64,000 nt of DNA from Mobula hypostoma. Its lineage: Eukaryota. Where the stretch lies: positions 72,232,001-72,296,000 of the forward strand of contig NC_086097.1 of the NCBI RefSeq assembly GCF_963921235.1, in the 5' to 3' direction. Positions 24,151 through 37,279 of the stretch are shown here, one piece after another. Each line of letters opens with the position of its first letter. Position 1 is the stretch's first letter. A model generated the notes under the pieces. That model was not told where the DNA came from. It saw nothing but the letters and a program-made list of their open reading frames with translations, and ran no database searches. The position numbers were made by a program, and so were the translations under genes.

Positions 24151-25199
24151 TCCTGGCCGGTGCTGTTTCTTTGAGTGTGATCTGGGACAATCGTGTGCCA
24201 GCAGGCTAGTTACAAGCTCAGTGCTATGGTGCAAAGGATGCTAGTATATTGCCCGATATCTCTGCACTTGTCACTGACTGCACAATGTTTTCAGTGTCGC
24301 TATTTTAATAGAACCAATACATGCATGTCAACAGTCAAACCCGCCATTTAACTTGGATGCTCTTTCAGAATCACTCAGAATCAAAAAAAAGAAGTAAAAT
24401 ATCATGCACATAATTCTAGCATTTAACCTAACTTAATTAAGTCAAGTAAGAAGTTGTATCTTCTTTTCTCCTGCAATTGATTTCTCCCAATCATTTGGAT
24501 GAGGGTGTTGTGCAGCCTAAGACCTGGGAAACCTTCACTGCACTGTACATGGAATAATTGCATGGAGCAGCGCAGGTATCCCAGCTCTCATACGAAGTCC
24601 AGGAGGACAAGTGAAAGTGCAGAAGGCAAACATTCGGCTAAAGCAGAAGGCCATGTTTCAACTCTCACTCAGGAATTGCTCAAACACCTCTCCCAGTAGT
24701 TCCAATGCAATCCGTCATGCAGAAAACACACTGCACTAAACGCTTTAGGTTCACAGTGGATAACCTCATATTTGCTTACATCAAAATCAAATTGCCACAG
24801 TTTTAACCATTTGCATAATCCATTAGTATCGCTGTGTAATTTAATGCTTCCACCCTGCTTAACGAAGAAACAGGATACAGGGATAAATGTAATGGAGAAT
24901 TTCTGCCTGGATCTAACACGGTGCTGTTATTTATAACTTATGTTCAGAAACACATCTCCATGTCACTCTTAACTAAACATTAGGGTTGGATTGCTCAAGT
25001 TTACTCTCTTGTAACAGTTTCAAAAATAACTTTCATCTGGCAGATATCTTGTGAGTAAGACTAATGACAATTCTGTCACAACAGAAATAATAAGTCAGCA
25101 ACAAGAAGTTGCAGTGTCAACATTCTTTTAAAGTTAAACTCCTACAAAAGAATCCTGATTGATATTAATGATAATTCTTCCACGTTTGTTGATGGTGAC

Positions 25200-25800
25200 A
25201 TTAAGGGCCTCCATTGGCTAGAGTCAACCATGGATATTGCATCCTAGCTGTCTGTGTGAGCTGCAAGCCAGGGCAGTATGATATGGAGAGGCAGCTGTTG
25301 CCCATGCAGTAGGCTCTCCCTCTCCGCACAGCTGATGAATCCAAAGGAATAGCAGAGACCAATATAGTTCGGCACCAATGGCATGACAGGAAATGCCAAT
25401 CAGCATTGTTCTCAGCACAGGGCTGTCTTAGGGTCTCCAGCACTGGATTTTTCCTTCAGGATTTACTCCTGAAGCCTTCCCCATGAGTGGATATAGCAAG
25501 GCATTGGAGGTTTGAGATCAGAGTTTTCGTTCTCTTAGGTGAGCTGCCAACTATGGCTGAAAAGACCCAAATTGTCCAAAGCAACTGGTTTTAAAGAGCC
25601 AGTAACCTGCCTTTGCCCTGTCTCTTGTCAGTAGAAATGGTTCTGCTGCGCTTAGTAGCTAAGCCACACGTGAAGGCCAGAAGTCAGACAGAGGCTATTG
25701 GTTGTCAGAGGCTAGTTATGGTGCATCCCATTGGGAGTATTTAACAGGTAGGGGGACCTTATCCCCACCATATCCCTCAGCTACGAACATCTTAAGGAAC
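25200..25800 (-). mobile_element. RTE-derived non-autonomous element
   Basis: Shares the ggagtaaa(t/c)cct...aaatcc(a/g)g..ggag motif with 49908-50287; no ORF. Confidence 0.55.
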
Positions 25801-25828
25801 CAATGACCTTACTACCAAACTATGACAT

Positions 25829-26047
25829 TGTAGCGATGTGCTACACACAGAGCTAGAAATAACGACGCACAGTCTGTAAGTCGCACTCAAGACTCATTTA
25901 TTTCAACTTCACGGCACTGGCTTTTAAACAGTTCCCTTCCAGCCCTCTCCGGGCGGAAATGACGTCAGAGGTGCATTACAAAAGTCTCTCCCGACACGCG
26001 GGCTATTTTGTGAGCTGGTTGGCTTGTGTAGAAATTGGGTCGCCACA
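25829..26047 (-). repeat. 3' LTR of the Gypsy element
   Basis: Direct repeat of 29717-29935; preceded on minus by a G10 polypurine tract (26051-26060). Confidence 0.95.
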
Positions 26048-29000
26048 TAACCCCCCCCCCACAGAACCGGCGATACACCCCCAATGTCCACAGTCTGGAT
26101 CAGTCTCTGTTTGGGCGGTCTGTCTCCACGCCGCGGTGCCTGAACCTCGACCGGCTGCGCCAAGTCCACGTGGGCCGGTTTGAGTCAGTCCACCATGAAA
26201 ACCTCCTCTTTCCCTCCACTGTCCAGAACGTACGTGGACCCGTTGTTACTGATCACCTTGAACGGTCCCTCATACGACTGCTGTAGCGGTGCCTGGTGTG
26301 CGCCCCTTTGTACGAATACAAACTTACAGTTTTGCAGGTCTTTGGATACGCAGGTCGGGATCTGTCTGTGCTGTGAAGTCGGTACGGGGGCCAGGTTGCT
26401 GAGCCTTTCGTGTAGTCTGTCCAGGACTCCTCTTGCCCCCTTGAGGCTGATATGGACTCTCCTGGGACGACCAGGAGTGTGCCGTACACCAGCTCGGCTG
26501 ACGAAGTGTGCAGATCCTCTTTGGGTGCTGTGCGGATTCCAAGCAGGACCCAGGGAAACTCGTCCACCCGGTTAGGCCCTTTCAGGCGGGCCATGAGAGC
26601 CAACTTTAGGTGACGGTGGAAGCGTTCCACTAGTCCGTTTGACTGTGGGTGGGAGGCAGTTGTGTGGTGTAATTGTGTTCCCAACAGGCTGGCCACAGCT
26701 GACCACAGCTGACCACAGGCTGGAGGTGAACTGGGCGCCTCTGTCGGAGGTAATGTGGGCCAGTATCCTAAAGCGTGCTATCCAGTTTGCAATCAGCGCT
26801 CGGGCGCAGGAATCGGCGGTGGTGTCGTTGAGCGGGACCGCCTCTGGCCATCTGGTGAACCAATCTACCATAGCTAGGAGGTACCACACTCCTCGTGACA
26901 CTGGCAGGGGCCCCACGATATCCACATGAATGTGGTCGAACTTCCGGCGGGTGGGTTCGAACTGCTGCGGCGGAGCCTTGGTGTGCCGCTGCACCTTGGC
27001 TGTTTGGCACTGAGTGCATTTTTTGGCCCATTCGCTGACCTGTTTGCGAAGTCCCTGCCACACGAACTTGCTGGAGACCATCCAGACAGTTGTCCTGATA
27101 GATGGGTGTGCCAAGCTGTGTAGGAAGTCGAAAACTCGCTGCCGGCAGGCTGCCGGGATGATGGGGCGAGGTTGGCCGGTAGCCACGTCACACAGGAGGG
27201 TCCTTTCACCTGGGCCCACAAGGGTCTTGCAGCTGCAAACCCAAGACTACGGTCCTGTAGCTGGGCATCTCGTCGTCTGCCTGCTGCGCCTCCGCCAGGG
27301 CTGCATAGTCCACCCCCTGGGACAGGGCCTGGATAGCTGGTCTGGAGAGTGCATCTGCCACGACATTGTCCTTTCCCAAGACATGCTGGATGTCCACCGT
27401 GTACTCGGAGATGTAGGACAGATGTCGCTGCTGACGGGCCGACCAGGGATCAGACACCTTCATGAATGCGAAGGTCAACGGTTTGTGGTCCGTGAACGTG
27501 GTGAACGGGCCTGCCTTCTAAGAAGTACCTGAAATGCCGGATTGCCAGATATAGTGCCAACAGCTCCCGGTCGAAGGCACTGTACTTGAGTTCGGGTGGC
27601 CGTAGGTGCCTGCTGAAGAACGCCAGGGGTTGCCAGTGCCCCTCGATGAGTTGCTCCAGCACCCCACCGACTGCTGTGTTGGATGCGTCCACTGTGAGGG
27701 CAGTTGGAACGTCCGTTCTGGGGTGCACCAGCCTCACGGCATCTGCCAAGGCTTCCTTGGCTTTAACGAAAGCAGCCGCGGCCTCTTCATCCCAAGTAAT
27801 GTCCTTGCCTTTACCTGATATCAGGGTGAACAAAGGGTGCATGATACGGGCTGCTGAGGGGAGGAAGCGGTGGTAGAAGTTCACCATACCAACGAACTCC
27901 TGCAGGCTGTGTTGGGCCGGCGAAGTGGCGGATCACATCTACCTTGGCGGGCAGAGGTGTTGCCCCGTCTTTGGTAATCCTGTGGCCCAGGAAGTCAATG
28001 GTGTCGAGTCCGAACTGACATTTGGCCGGGTTGATCGTGAGGCCGATATCACTCAGGCGGGAGTAGAGCTGGTGGAGGTGGGACAGATGCTCCATGACGA
28101 CAACTGCTGGCTATGAGGATATCGTCCAGATAGATGAACACAAAGTCCAGGTCACGTCCCACCGCATCCATTAGTCGCTGGAACGTCTGCGTGGCATTCT
28201 TCAGGCCAAACGGCATTCAGAGGAATTCGAACAGGCCAAAGGGGGTGATGAGTCCTGTTTTGGGGATGTCTTCAGGGTATATCAGAATTTGATGGTACCT
28301 CCGGATGAGGTCTACTTTCGAAAAGATGCTTGCCCCATGCAGGTTTGCTGCAAAGTCCTGTATGTGCGGCACGGGGTAGTGGTTTGGAGGTGTAGCCTCA
28401 TTCAGTCTGCGGTAGTCGCCGCATGATCTCCAGACCCCGGCTGCTTTGGGCACCATGTGCAGGGGGAAGGTCCATGGGCTGTCGGACCGCCGTACAATCC
28501 CCAATTCCTCCATCCTCTTGAACTCCTCCTTCGCCAGGCGGAGCTTGTCCGGGGGGAGCCTTCGTGTGCAGGCATGAAGGGGTGGTCCCTGGGTCAGAAT
28601 GTGGTGCTGTACTCCGTGTATGGGCATGGCTGCCGTGAACTGCGGTGCCAGAACTGATGGAAAGTCCGCCAGGATTCTGGTGAATTCGTTGTCAGACAAC
28701 GTGATGGAGTCCAGGTGTGGGGCCGGCAACTTGGCTTCACCCAGGGAGAATGTCTGGAAAGTCTTGGCATGGACCAGTCTTTTCCCTTGCAAGTCGACCA
28801 GCAGGCTGTGGGCTCGCAAGAAGTCCGCCCCCAGGAGTGGTTGGACCACGGCAGCCAGTATGAAGTCCCACATGAACCGGCTGGCGCCGAATTGTAGCTG
28901 CACTGTGCGGGTGCCGTAGGTCCAAATCCTGCTGCCATTTGCAGCCCTCAGGGTGGGACTCGTCGCCCTGTTGCAGGTGTCATACCCCTGCGGCTGGCCT

Positions 29001-29701
29001 TGGCATTTCCCGGGAACTTTCAGGGTGGGCGACAATGGTGGACTTCTGTGCCTCATCGCTGGTGGTAGAAACACCACTGTTCATTGGCCTCCTCACTCCT
29101 TCCTCTGGGTTGTGTGCGCTCCGTTGCCGGGCCTGGTCTGGCCTGCTGTTGGGCGCGTGGCTTGGTAATCTGTCCGATGGACTCCCCACTCTCCCTCTTG
29201 GCTTTCAAGAGCATGTCTGCCCGGGCCGCCACCTTCTGGGGGTCACTGAAATCTGCGTCGGCCAGCAGCAGATGTATGTCCTCGGGCAGTTGTTCTAGGA
29301 CCGCCTGCTCAAACATGAGGCAGGGCTTGTGTCCTTCAGCCAGGGCCAGCATCTCGTTCATTAATGCTGACGGCGGCCAGTCTCCCAAACCGTCCAGGTG
29401 AGGCAAACGGGCACCTCGCTTACGCCATGAGAGGCCAAAGGTCTCTGCTGCATATTTGCCTTCTTCGGAGGGGGGGTGACTGTATGAAATCCCCAACCCG
29501 TGCGGCTGTCTCCTGGTCAAGGGAGCTCACCACGTAATAGTAACATGTGGAATCCAAAGATATCTGCCGAATCTGGAACTGGGCTTCTGCTTGGTCAAAC
29601 CACACGCGTGGTCGCAGCGTCCAGAAAGTTGACAGTTTTAGCGAAACTGCGTGAACAGATGAAGAAGAGTCGATCACCTTTGGTCCAAATCCCGTTTGGA
29701 C

Positions 29702-29715
29702 CGTCCGGGTCACCA
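29702..29715 (-). promoter_or_regulatory. Primer binding site complementary to tRNA-Trp
   Basis: Minus TGGTGACCCGGACG next to the 5' LTR; complementary to the tRNA-Trp 3' end (CGTCGGGGTCACCA) with one mismatch. Confidence 0.85.
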
Positions 29716-29716
29716 A

Positions 29717-29935
29717 TGTAGTGATGTGCTACACACACAGCTGAAAATAACGACACGCAGTCTTTAAGTGGCACTCGATACTCGTTTATTCCAACTTCGC
29801 AGCACTGGCTTTTAAGCAGTTCCGTTCCAGCACTCTCCAGGCGGAAATGACATCAGAGGTGCATTACAAAAGTCTCTCCCGGTGCGTGGGCTATTTTGTG
29901 AGCCGGTTCACTTGTGTAGAAAGTGGGTCGCCACA
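29717..29935 (-). repeat. 5' LTR of the Gypsy element
   Basis: Direct repeat of 25829-26047, about 27 mismatches in 219 nt by manual count. Confidence 0.95.
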
Positions 29936-30524
29936 ACATCATTCCCAGGAAATTAGCTGAAAGGGCTGCAGGAATCTATAGACTGCTGTGAACAGAGCTG
30001 AAATGTGCAGATTGCAATCTTAGTGATCGGGGCCCTCTTTCACTGAACACTGGAACGAGTTAATACCATGCAGTTGAAAGCAGGCAAAACCCAGACTTGA
30101 GTAAAACATTTCTGGCCCTCTAACTGTAAAGTCAATCCCTAACTCCAAGCTGGATTCTTTCAATACAAACTTTTCCTAAGTGATGTCAGCAACTGTGCAA
30201 TGCCCCGCATTTAACTTCAACCTCTGGTCTGGAAAATGACATGTTTTTGCTTTTTTTAAAGCAAGTATTTCCCTGTGTGACCTAAAGCGATGCTGCAACA
30301 GGAAACTTGTGGATGTTTCCCCTTCCACAAATTCTTCATAGTCTATTTTTGCACCTTCTCAAATTGTACAATGTACCTTCCATCAGCAACAGCCTTCCCC
30401 TGCGTAGAGGTTGGACATTTGATCTGCTTCTGCAAGTTTTTAATTGTCATTCTCCACATTTGTTGACTCTTAAGTATGCCACAGTTGAAATATATTTTAA
30501 CAATATGTGATGATGTTAACAACA

Positions 30525-31108
30525 TGGCATCAAAGGTTACGGGGAGAAGACCGGGAACCGGAGTTGAGGAGGGGATAGGAAAAAAGGATCACCCATGATT
30601 GAATGGCAGAGCAGACTCACTGGGCCAGATGGCCTAATTCTGCTCCTGTCTTATGGTCTTCTGTTCATTCCAGCCCAATCAAATAATGAGCGAGGTGAGG
30701 CTGCAATGTTAAAGGTGACAGAAAGACATTAAGTTCTTCGAAGATAAGCTCCCTACGTTGAGACGTTCCCAAGCATAAATTCACACTGACATCTCCCCTA
30801 AACTTTCCTCCACTCACCTTAGAGATCAGTTTAATATGGAGAGAAGTTCAGAAGGGAAGTCAGAGGTAGGTTTTTTGACACAGGGAGTGCTGAGTGCCCA
30901 GAAAGCATTGCCAGGAATGGTTTTATAAGCTGATAAATTAGGGACATATAAAAGACAGGTACATAGATATAAGGAAAATGGGGAGGGGGTTTATGGGCTG
31001 TTTAGGAGGGAAAGATTAGATTGAACATTAGGTTTATATTGGTCAGCACAACATTGTGGGCCGAAGGGCCTGAACTGTTCCATACAGGTCAATATACTAT
31101 GTTCTATT
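30525..31108 (+). mobile_element. Cluster of short CR1 3' ends
   Basis: Tails at 30525-30660 (tcttatggtctt) and 30820-31108 (gttctat); small antisense piece at 30760-30820. Confidence 0.7.
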
Positions 31109-32229
31109 GTCATACGAAGGTCAGTGTGCTTGGTCATGAGACTGGAAATTGACAAACATCGGAGAGAGAAAATAATTAAGCCCACCTACTCTAAATAGGT
31201 GGCACCCTTTGTGCCAGTGTTGAAGCATGATAGATTCACAAGGAGGCATGATGGATCCACACACTGATGCTTGATCAGATCTTGACTGTGGATTAGTATT
31301 CAATCTCCAAAATAAAAGAACATACAGCACTGTATCTCTAGATTTTTCTGGAGGGCAGTAGTTCAGTGAATTCGACATGAATCACCCATATTAATAAAAA
31401 GTGTTAAAGGAGCAGTCCAAGAAAATTTTGACTTTCAACACACACCCATGGGTACATTACTGACAAACCTTTGCAGCTTCATCCACACCTTTTACCTTTC
31501 AGAGAACCATGGAGTGGTGGTGACAGGGTATTCCCAAGGTCACTGTTTACTTCTGTGATATTCTGGTTATGGCGGGGGCGTGGGAGGGGTGCCACAAGGC
31601 ACTGATAATGCTTTCACCTCCTCTTGAAGGATTATCTTGGATTGTTGAATTATTATAATAATTTTGCCAGATTCAGTAATGCTCTTCGCTCAATTGCACC
31701 TACTTCTGCAAATAATGTCAAATGGAAATGGACTGATGCTCAAGAAAGACTTTTGTGCACTTTGAAGAACTGCTAGAGTGTGCTAAAGTTCTAATTCTCT
31801 ACAGAGATACTCATTTCTCAGAATGCATCATCAGACAGAGATAGCATGGTAATGTCCCATCAGGTGGAAGATGGTTCTAGAAATTTAACAGTTAATGTTC
31901 AGAGTGCAGGCTGCAGCCAGATAAACAAAAAGGGATTAATGTTTTGGTGTACAGCAGTTTCATCATACATTAACGGATGTTACTTCATTACTTACAAATC
32001 TCAAATGGTTTCACTACAAGTTCAAGGGTGGACTTTGAGTTCAAGGACGTGTGACTTTACTAGAGTTTTCAAAGCCAGGAAACACAGATGTTCACAGTTG
32101 AAATCTGGTGCCAGAGGTTTCAGTGTTGATAATGGATCATCTGGATGTTATGCAAATCAGACAGGGGAGAGCAAAGATTCTGTACTGTCTCGAGTTTGTG
32201 AGTTTATCATGAAGAGAGATAGTACAGGT

Positions 32230-32462
32230 TAATTTGTTGTCTCACTCTTGACCTTATAATCTACCTCATTATGATCTTGCACCTTATTGTCTACCTGAAA
32301 CATACTTTCTGTCTAACTAACACATTATTCTGTATTCTGTTATTGTTTTACCTTGTACTACCTCAATGCACTGTGTAATGATTTGATCTGTGTGAACAGC
32401 ATGCAAGACAAGTTTTTCACTGTAACTCAATACATGTGACAATAATAAATTAGTTCCAATTC
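32230..32462 (+). mobile_element. Rex1-type 3' UTR
   Basis: caagtttttcactgtaactcaatacatgtgacaataataaa followed by a short repeat tail. Confidence 0.65.
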
Positions 32463-32479
32463 AAATACCATAACTGATG

Positions 32480-32722
32480 CAACACACACACAAAATACTG
32501 GAGGAATTTCGCAGTCAGGCAGCATCTATGGAAATGAATAAACTTTCGACATTGGGGCTGAGACCCTTCATCAGGAATGAGACTGAGAAGTCCTGATGAA
32601 GGGTCTCAGCCCAAATCATCGACAGTTAATTCACTTCCATAGATGCTGCCTTACTTGCTGAGTTCCTCCAACATTTTGTGTATGTTGCCCTGGATTTCCA
32701 GCAGCTGCAGAATCTCCTGTGT
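32480..32722 (+). mobile_element. Palindromic non-autonomous Penelope-like mini-element
   Basis: Inverted arms 32480-32576 and 32591-32688, 14-nt spacer, 12-bp TSD ccata/tactgatg (32468-32479, 32723-32734). Confidence 0.9.
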
Positions 32723-33349
32723 CCATTACTGATGTCCCACACGTCCTGGGCTTAAAGATGAGTGGACATGATAGGTGCATAATAGGGCGAACTGGAGTTG
32801 CAGCTCTCCTGCAGGCCCTGGAGTTGTTTCTTAGAAACAGCTGGGAATTATTAGGATGAACAGCTGAGCCAGATTTTACCTGTGATGGCCGAATGAAACT
32901 CTGGCACTGAGTGAGAAATGCGGTCTTTCACTGAGTATTAGGAAAACAAGAAAAGTCTTTGTCCTCTCCCTTGCACCTTTAGAATCAGCCTGACTAGCCA
33001 CAGACAGCATCCGAGTTAATAGGGTTGGACTTTTCCTTGAATGTTCCTGTTTATAACTGACGTTCATTTGAATTAGCTGGATTTATATTCAATAATTACT
33101 TCAATGTCAAGATTAAAAAGCTTAGGCAGTGTTCATGGATTACTTCACATTTTGTGTCAGACAATGAAATTTGGTTTACAAATGCAGAATTTGAGGAATT
33201 CTTGAAATGAAGATATATGAATGTCGTGACTTCTGCCACATTTTTTCTTCCCTTTCATGGATTAGCAGAGAGACTTGTTCAGACTTTCATAGAACAAATC
33301 AAGAAAATGCAAGAAAGTAGCATTGAAAACAAAGTGTCTAGGTTCCTTC

Positions 33350-35397
33350 CAAATGCAGTACTCTTCACTCTCTCCACATTAATCCTAACTTCACCATCAA
33401 ACCCGCAGATAAGGGGGGATTCTGTGATAGTCTGACTACTGATGTCTACCTTGCTGAGGCCAGGCGACAACTCTCAGACGCCTCCTCTTACCTAACCTTT
33501 GAACAGGACCCAACCAAGGAGCACCAGGCCATTGTCACCCACACCAACACAGACCTTAATAACTCCGGGGATCTCCCATCCGCTGCTACCAACCTCATAG
33601 TTCCTTTATTCTGCACCTCCCGTTTCTACCTCCTTCCCAAGATCCATAAACCATCCTGTCCAGGTATACCAATTGTTTCTGCTTGTTCCTGGCACACCGA
33701 ACTCATATCTGCATACCTTGTCTTTGTTTTATCCCCCCTGGTTCAGTCTCTTCCTATCTACTTCAAGTTCCCTAGCCCTGGTCGTCCCATTTTCACTATG
33801 GATGTCCATTCCCTATGCACCTCCATTCCCCCATCAGGAAGGTTTCAAAGCCCTCTGCTTCTTTCTGGACACCAGACTCAACCAGTTCCCCTCCACCACA
33901 ACTTTCCTCCATCTTGTGGAACTGGTCCTATCTCAATAATTTCTCCTTCGGCTCTTCCCACTTTAGATACATGGAACAGTTGATGTTCCAAGCCTACACC
34001 GGCATCACTCCCCTACATTTCCTACACTACATTGATGATTGCATTGGTGCTGCTTCCTACACCCATGCCGAGCTTGTTGATTTCATCAACTTTACATCCA
34101 GCTTACACCCTGCCCTCAACTTTACCTTGTCCATTTCCGACACCTCTCTCCCTTCTCTCGATCTCTCTGTCTCTATCTCAGGTGACAGTTTATCCACTAA
34201 TATCTTTTATAAACAGATTTTCACAGCTACCTAGAGTGTACCTTTTTGCACCCTGTCACTTGTAAAAATGCCATCCCCTTCTTTCAATGCCTCTGTCTCT
34301 GCCACATCTGCTCTCAGGATGAGATTTTTCACTCCAGAACTAATAAGATGTCCTCCTTCCTCAAAGAAAGCAGCTTTCCTTATTCCACCATCAACACTGC
34401 CCTCACCTGCATCTCTTCCATTTCATGCAGGTCTTCCCTCACCCGATCCACCCGCCACCCCACCAGGGATAGGGTCCCTCTTGGACCTACCGTTCCATCA
34501 GCCTCCATGTCCAGCACATATTTCTCCATAACCTCTGCCATCTCCAACAGGATCCCACCACCAAGCACATCTTTCCCTCCCCGCAACTTTCTGCTTACTA
34601 CAGGGATCACTCCCTACACGACTCCCTTGTCCATTTGTCACTCCCCATTGATCTCCTTCCTGGCAAGCAGAACAAGACCTCCTCCCTCAGTACCATTCAG
34701 GGCCCCCAACAGTCTTTCCAGGTGAGGTGACACTTCACCTGTAAATCTCATCTACTGTATCCAATGCTCCCAGTATGGCCTCCTGTATATCGGTGAGACC
34801 CGAAGTAGATTGGGAGACTACTTCGCCGAGCACCGCCAGAAAAAGCAGGATCACCCGGTGGCCACCCAATTCAATTCTACTTCCCACTTCGACATGTCAG
34901 TCCATGCCTCCTCTACTGTCATGACAAAGCCATGCTCATGTTGGAGGAACAACACTTTATATTCCATCTGAGTAGCCTCCAACCTGATGGCATAAACATC
35001 GATTTCTCAAACTTCACCGTTACCCATTCCTATTTCTCTCTCTCCTTACCAGCCCATCAAATCCCTCTGGTGCTCCTCCCTTTCCCTTTCTTCCATGGCC
35101 TTCTGTCCTCTCCTATCAGATACCCACATCTCCAGCCCTTTATCTCTTTCAACAATCGACTTCCCAGTTCTTTACTTCACTCCTCCCCCTCTCCCAGTTC
35201 ACCTGTCACCTTCTACCTTGTACTTCTTCCTCTCCTCCCTCCACCTTTTTATTCAGACTTTTAAATTCTATTCTTCAGTCCCATTGAAGGGTCTCGGCCC
35301 GAAAGATCAACTGTTTACTCTTTTCCATATATGCCTCCAGCATTTTGTGTGTATTACTTTGATTTCCAACATTTGCAGATTTTCTCTTGTTTGTGTC
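33350..35397 (+). mobile_element. Penelope-like element (RT + GIY-YIG), decayed
   Basis: FYLLPKIHK, MDVHSLCTSIP, LHYIDDCIG, LLYIGET; terminal repeat with degenerate hammerhead at 35277-35312. Confidence 0.92.
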
Positions 35398-36255
35398 TTG
35401 GTTCATATTCAGTTACCACATCGCATTGTAGCCTGCAATTGATGCTGATTGATTGCTGAAGAGATACTTCTGACGGGGAAATTGAGATCAAATTTTGATT
35501 TTACCAAATACAAAATACAAAATAAACAATAAAGGAACACTGTTTCAGAAGTGCAAAGTTAAGATGTTTCATACTTGGGATGGTCATGAATTCTGCTGAT
35601 TAAAATGACTGCAAAGCTACATCTTGTGAGCCACATCTTCCACTACTCTCCAATGTTTCTTTCTTACAAAAGGGCAGCATGGATCATATTTCTCTACTGA
35701 GGGCTGAGCATGATGCAGGGGTCAATGTTGCAATGCAACTCCTCTTGTTGATACGTGAAGTTGCTTAGACACCTGCAATTGGCTTACAGAAAGTGGGAAA
35801 TCAGGAGAAAATCCTAATTCACCGTCACAATCCAAAACATCAACCATCCACCTGCCTCCACATATTGCTCAGCCTGCTGAGTTCTTCCAGCAATTTGTTT
35901 TCTCTCCCAATTCCATTTTCTTGTGTCTCTGAAATCAAAAGATAGATTGCCTTCATTTTGAAATTCTGCTTTACCTTTCAGTATAGAGGCAAGTTGTACC
36001 CTGTAACTTGGAACTTTAACTGTTAGTTCCACTTCCATGAAATGCCTTGGAGCATTTCTCCTCTTTAAAGAATGATATAAATGCAAGCTTTGGTTTGAAC
36101 TTTCTTGAAATTTTATCTTGACCATTTTATCAGTGCTTTTCATTGTTGGTTCTTGGTTTTACTCTGCAATAGAAAAAATTCCCGTAAAATTGAACCTTCT
36201 CTAGCCTTTGTTGTTACAATTGCAATCATCACGGGAACCTCACCTCTAGAAAACA

Positions 36256-36483
36256 TTAAAATGAATTCATACCAATTCTTGTCAATGTCCAATACATTGA
36301 TTGCACAAAGATCCAAGCTGTCGCTGTCAAATTGATTCTTTCCAACCACTGTGTCTTGCGATAACTTGGTCGAACAACTGATTGCTCTGGAACTGATACA
36401 CTCTGCAAAGATGTTGGTGCCTTTTTAATTCCGTAAATCTGCATTTCAAATATACAACTGGGCTTCTGAAGAACTTTCATCTG
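36256..36483 (-). CDS. Candidate last coding exon of a putative secreted helical-cytokine-like gene
   Basis: Pyrimidine tract + CAGCAG acceptor, then a 75-codon open frame QMKVLQKPSC...WLERINLTATAWIFVQSMYWTLTRIGMNSF*; unique DNA with several CpGs. Confidence 0.35.
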   Translation of the reverse strand, partial: QMKVLQKPSCIFEMQIYGIKKAPTSLQSVSVPEQSVVRPSYRKTQWLERINLTATAWIFVQSMYWTLTRIGMNSF

Positions 36484-37279
36484 CTGTTGAAGATGGTGAG
36501 CATAGAAAGTCTATAATTGTCTATTATGTACAACAGCAATTTCCCCATTAATACACAGTATAATTGTAACATTGTTTATGCACCTGCTGAAGAAGGCATA
36601 TGTTCCCTATGAAAAAAACATCCTTGGTATATTAATCTTACACCTTAAACACCTACTTTCCAAAGCTTAGAACAACCCTCATCTCTCTAAACACATCAAT
36701 TTAGCACAAGTTCCTGAAATCAAATTTATCTCTGCTTGCTCTGCAATGCCTTTGAAAACATGTGAGTTAATCATAAGAAGTAATTCAAACTCAGATTAAA
36801 GGTTCCTCATCAAGATATTTCATCTGCATGTTAGTCTTTATCATTGCTGACGTGCTTTGTGACAATGACTATGATAGGAAAGAAAGATAACAACACTTAA
36901 TAGAAACTCATCATCTCCTATGCACTCAATTTGCATTACTGTCAGTTCTGTTTTACTCTTTTCTGAAGCGGAGTTCTTGCTTGTATTGACTTCATGGCAA
37001 ATGAGCAGATGAAAGGCTCTTGTTTCTCCTTTGTGCTGCAGCATATATATTGCAGCTCCTTGTCTATTCATTATGACTTGCCTGCCTTTACTAAAAGCCA
37101 TGTTCTCTTACTCAAATGTGAGCAATGTTCAGTGTGAGGGCACTGCACAAAAATGATAGTGCCATTTCTCTGCACATTATGGCACCTGTGTTGACGGTAA
37201 AGTTTGTGCTGTGACAGTTTGCAGGCCCAAGCGTGACCTGCCTATGACTTGTACCGGGGAAAGAACTCCTCGGCAAGCC

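Larger units (their letters stand above)
25829..29935 (-). mobile_element. Full-length Gypsy LTR retrotransposon, CsRN1-like lineage, decayed
   Basis: Two 219-bp TG...CA LTRs, TSD acat; gag VSLKL..FW...WF..AEAQF and WCFYH; RT YRRLN, FIYLDD; RNase H TVDASN; integrase HHCC, DIVGP, DRGAQF, NGLVERFH. Confidence 0.97.
31600..33350 (+). mobile_element. Ancient Gypsy pol remnant, interrupted
   Basis: FVSDN and GLAERLVQTF..QIKKM (integrase) at 33150-33345; RNase H-region remnants at 31650-32040. Confidence 0.55.

Noticed and set aside
24480..24740. Exon-like unique segment
   Set aside because: No frame and splice-site combination gave a credible product
26691..26720. Short tandem duplications (also 53113-53139, 61591-61635) as CRISPR-like arrays
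   Set aside because: Only 2-3 adjacent copies with no spacers; slippage inside dead TEs
25924..29721. Many overlapping GC-rich ORFs and an apparent CpG island
   Set aside because: All are alternative or antisense frames of the Gypsy element
29942..29951. STAT-like sites (TTCCCAGGAA; also TTCCCAGAA at 3462) and AP-1 TGAGTCA at 45431
   Set aside because: Short motifs expected by chance in 64 kb; no supporting evidence
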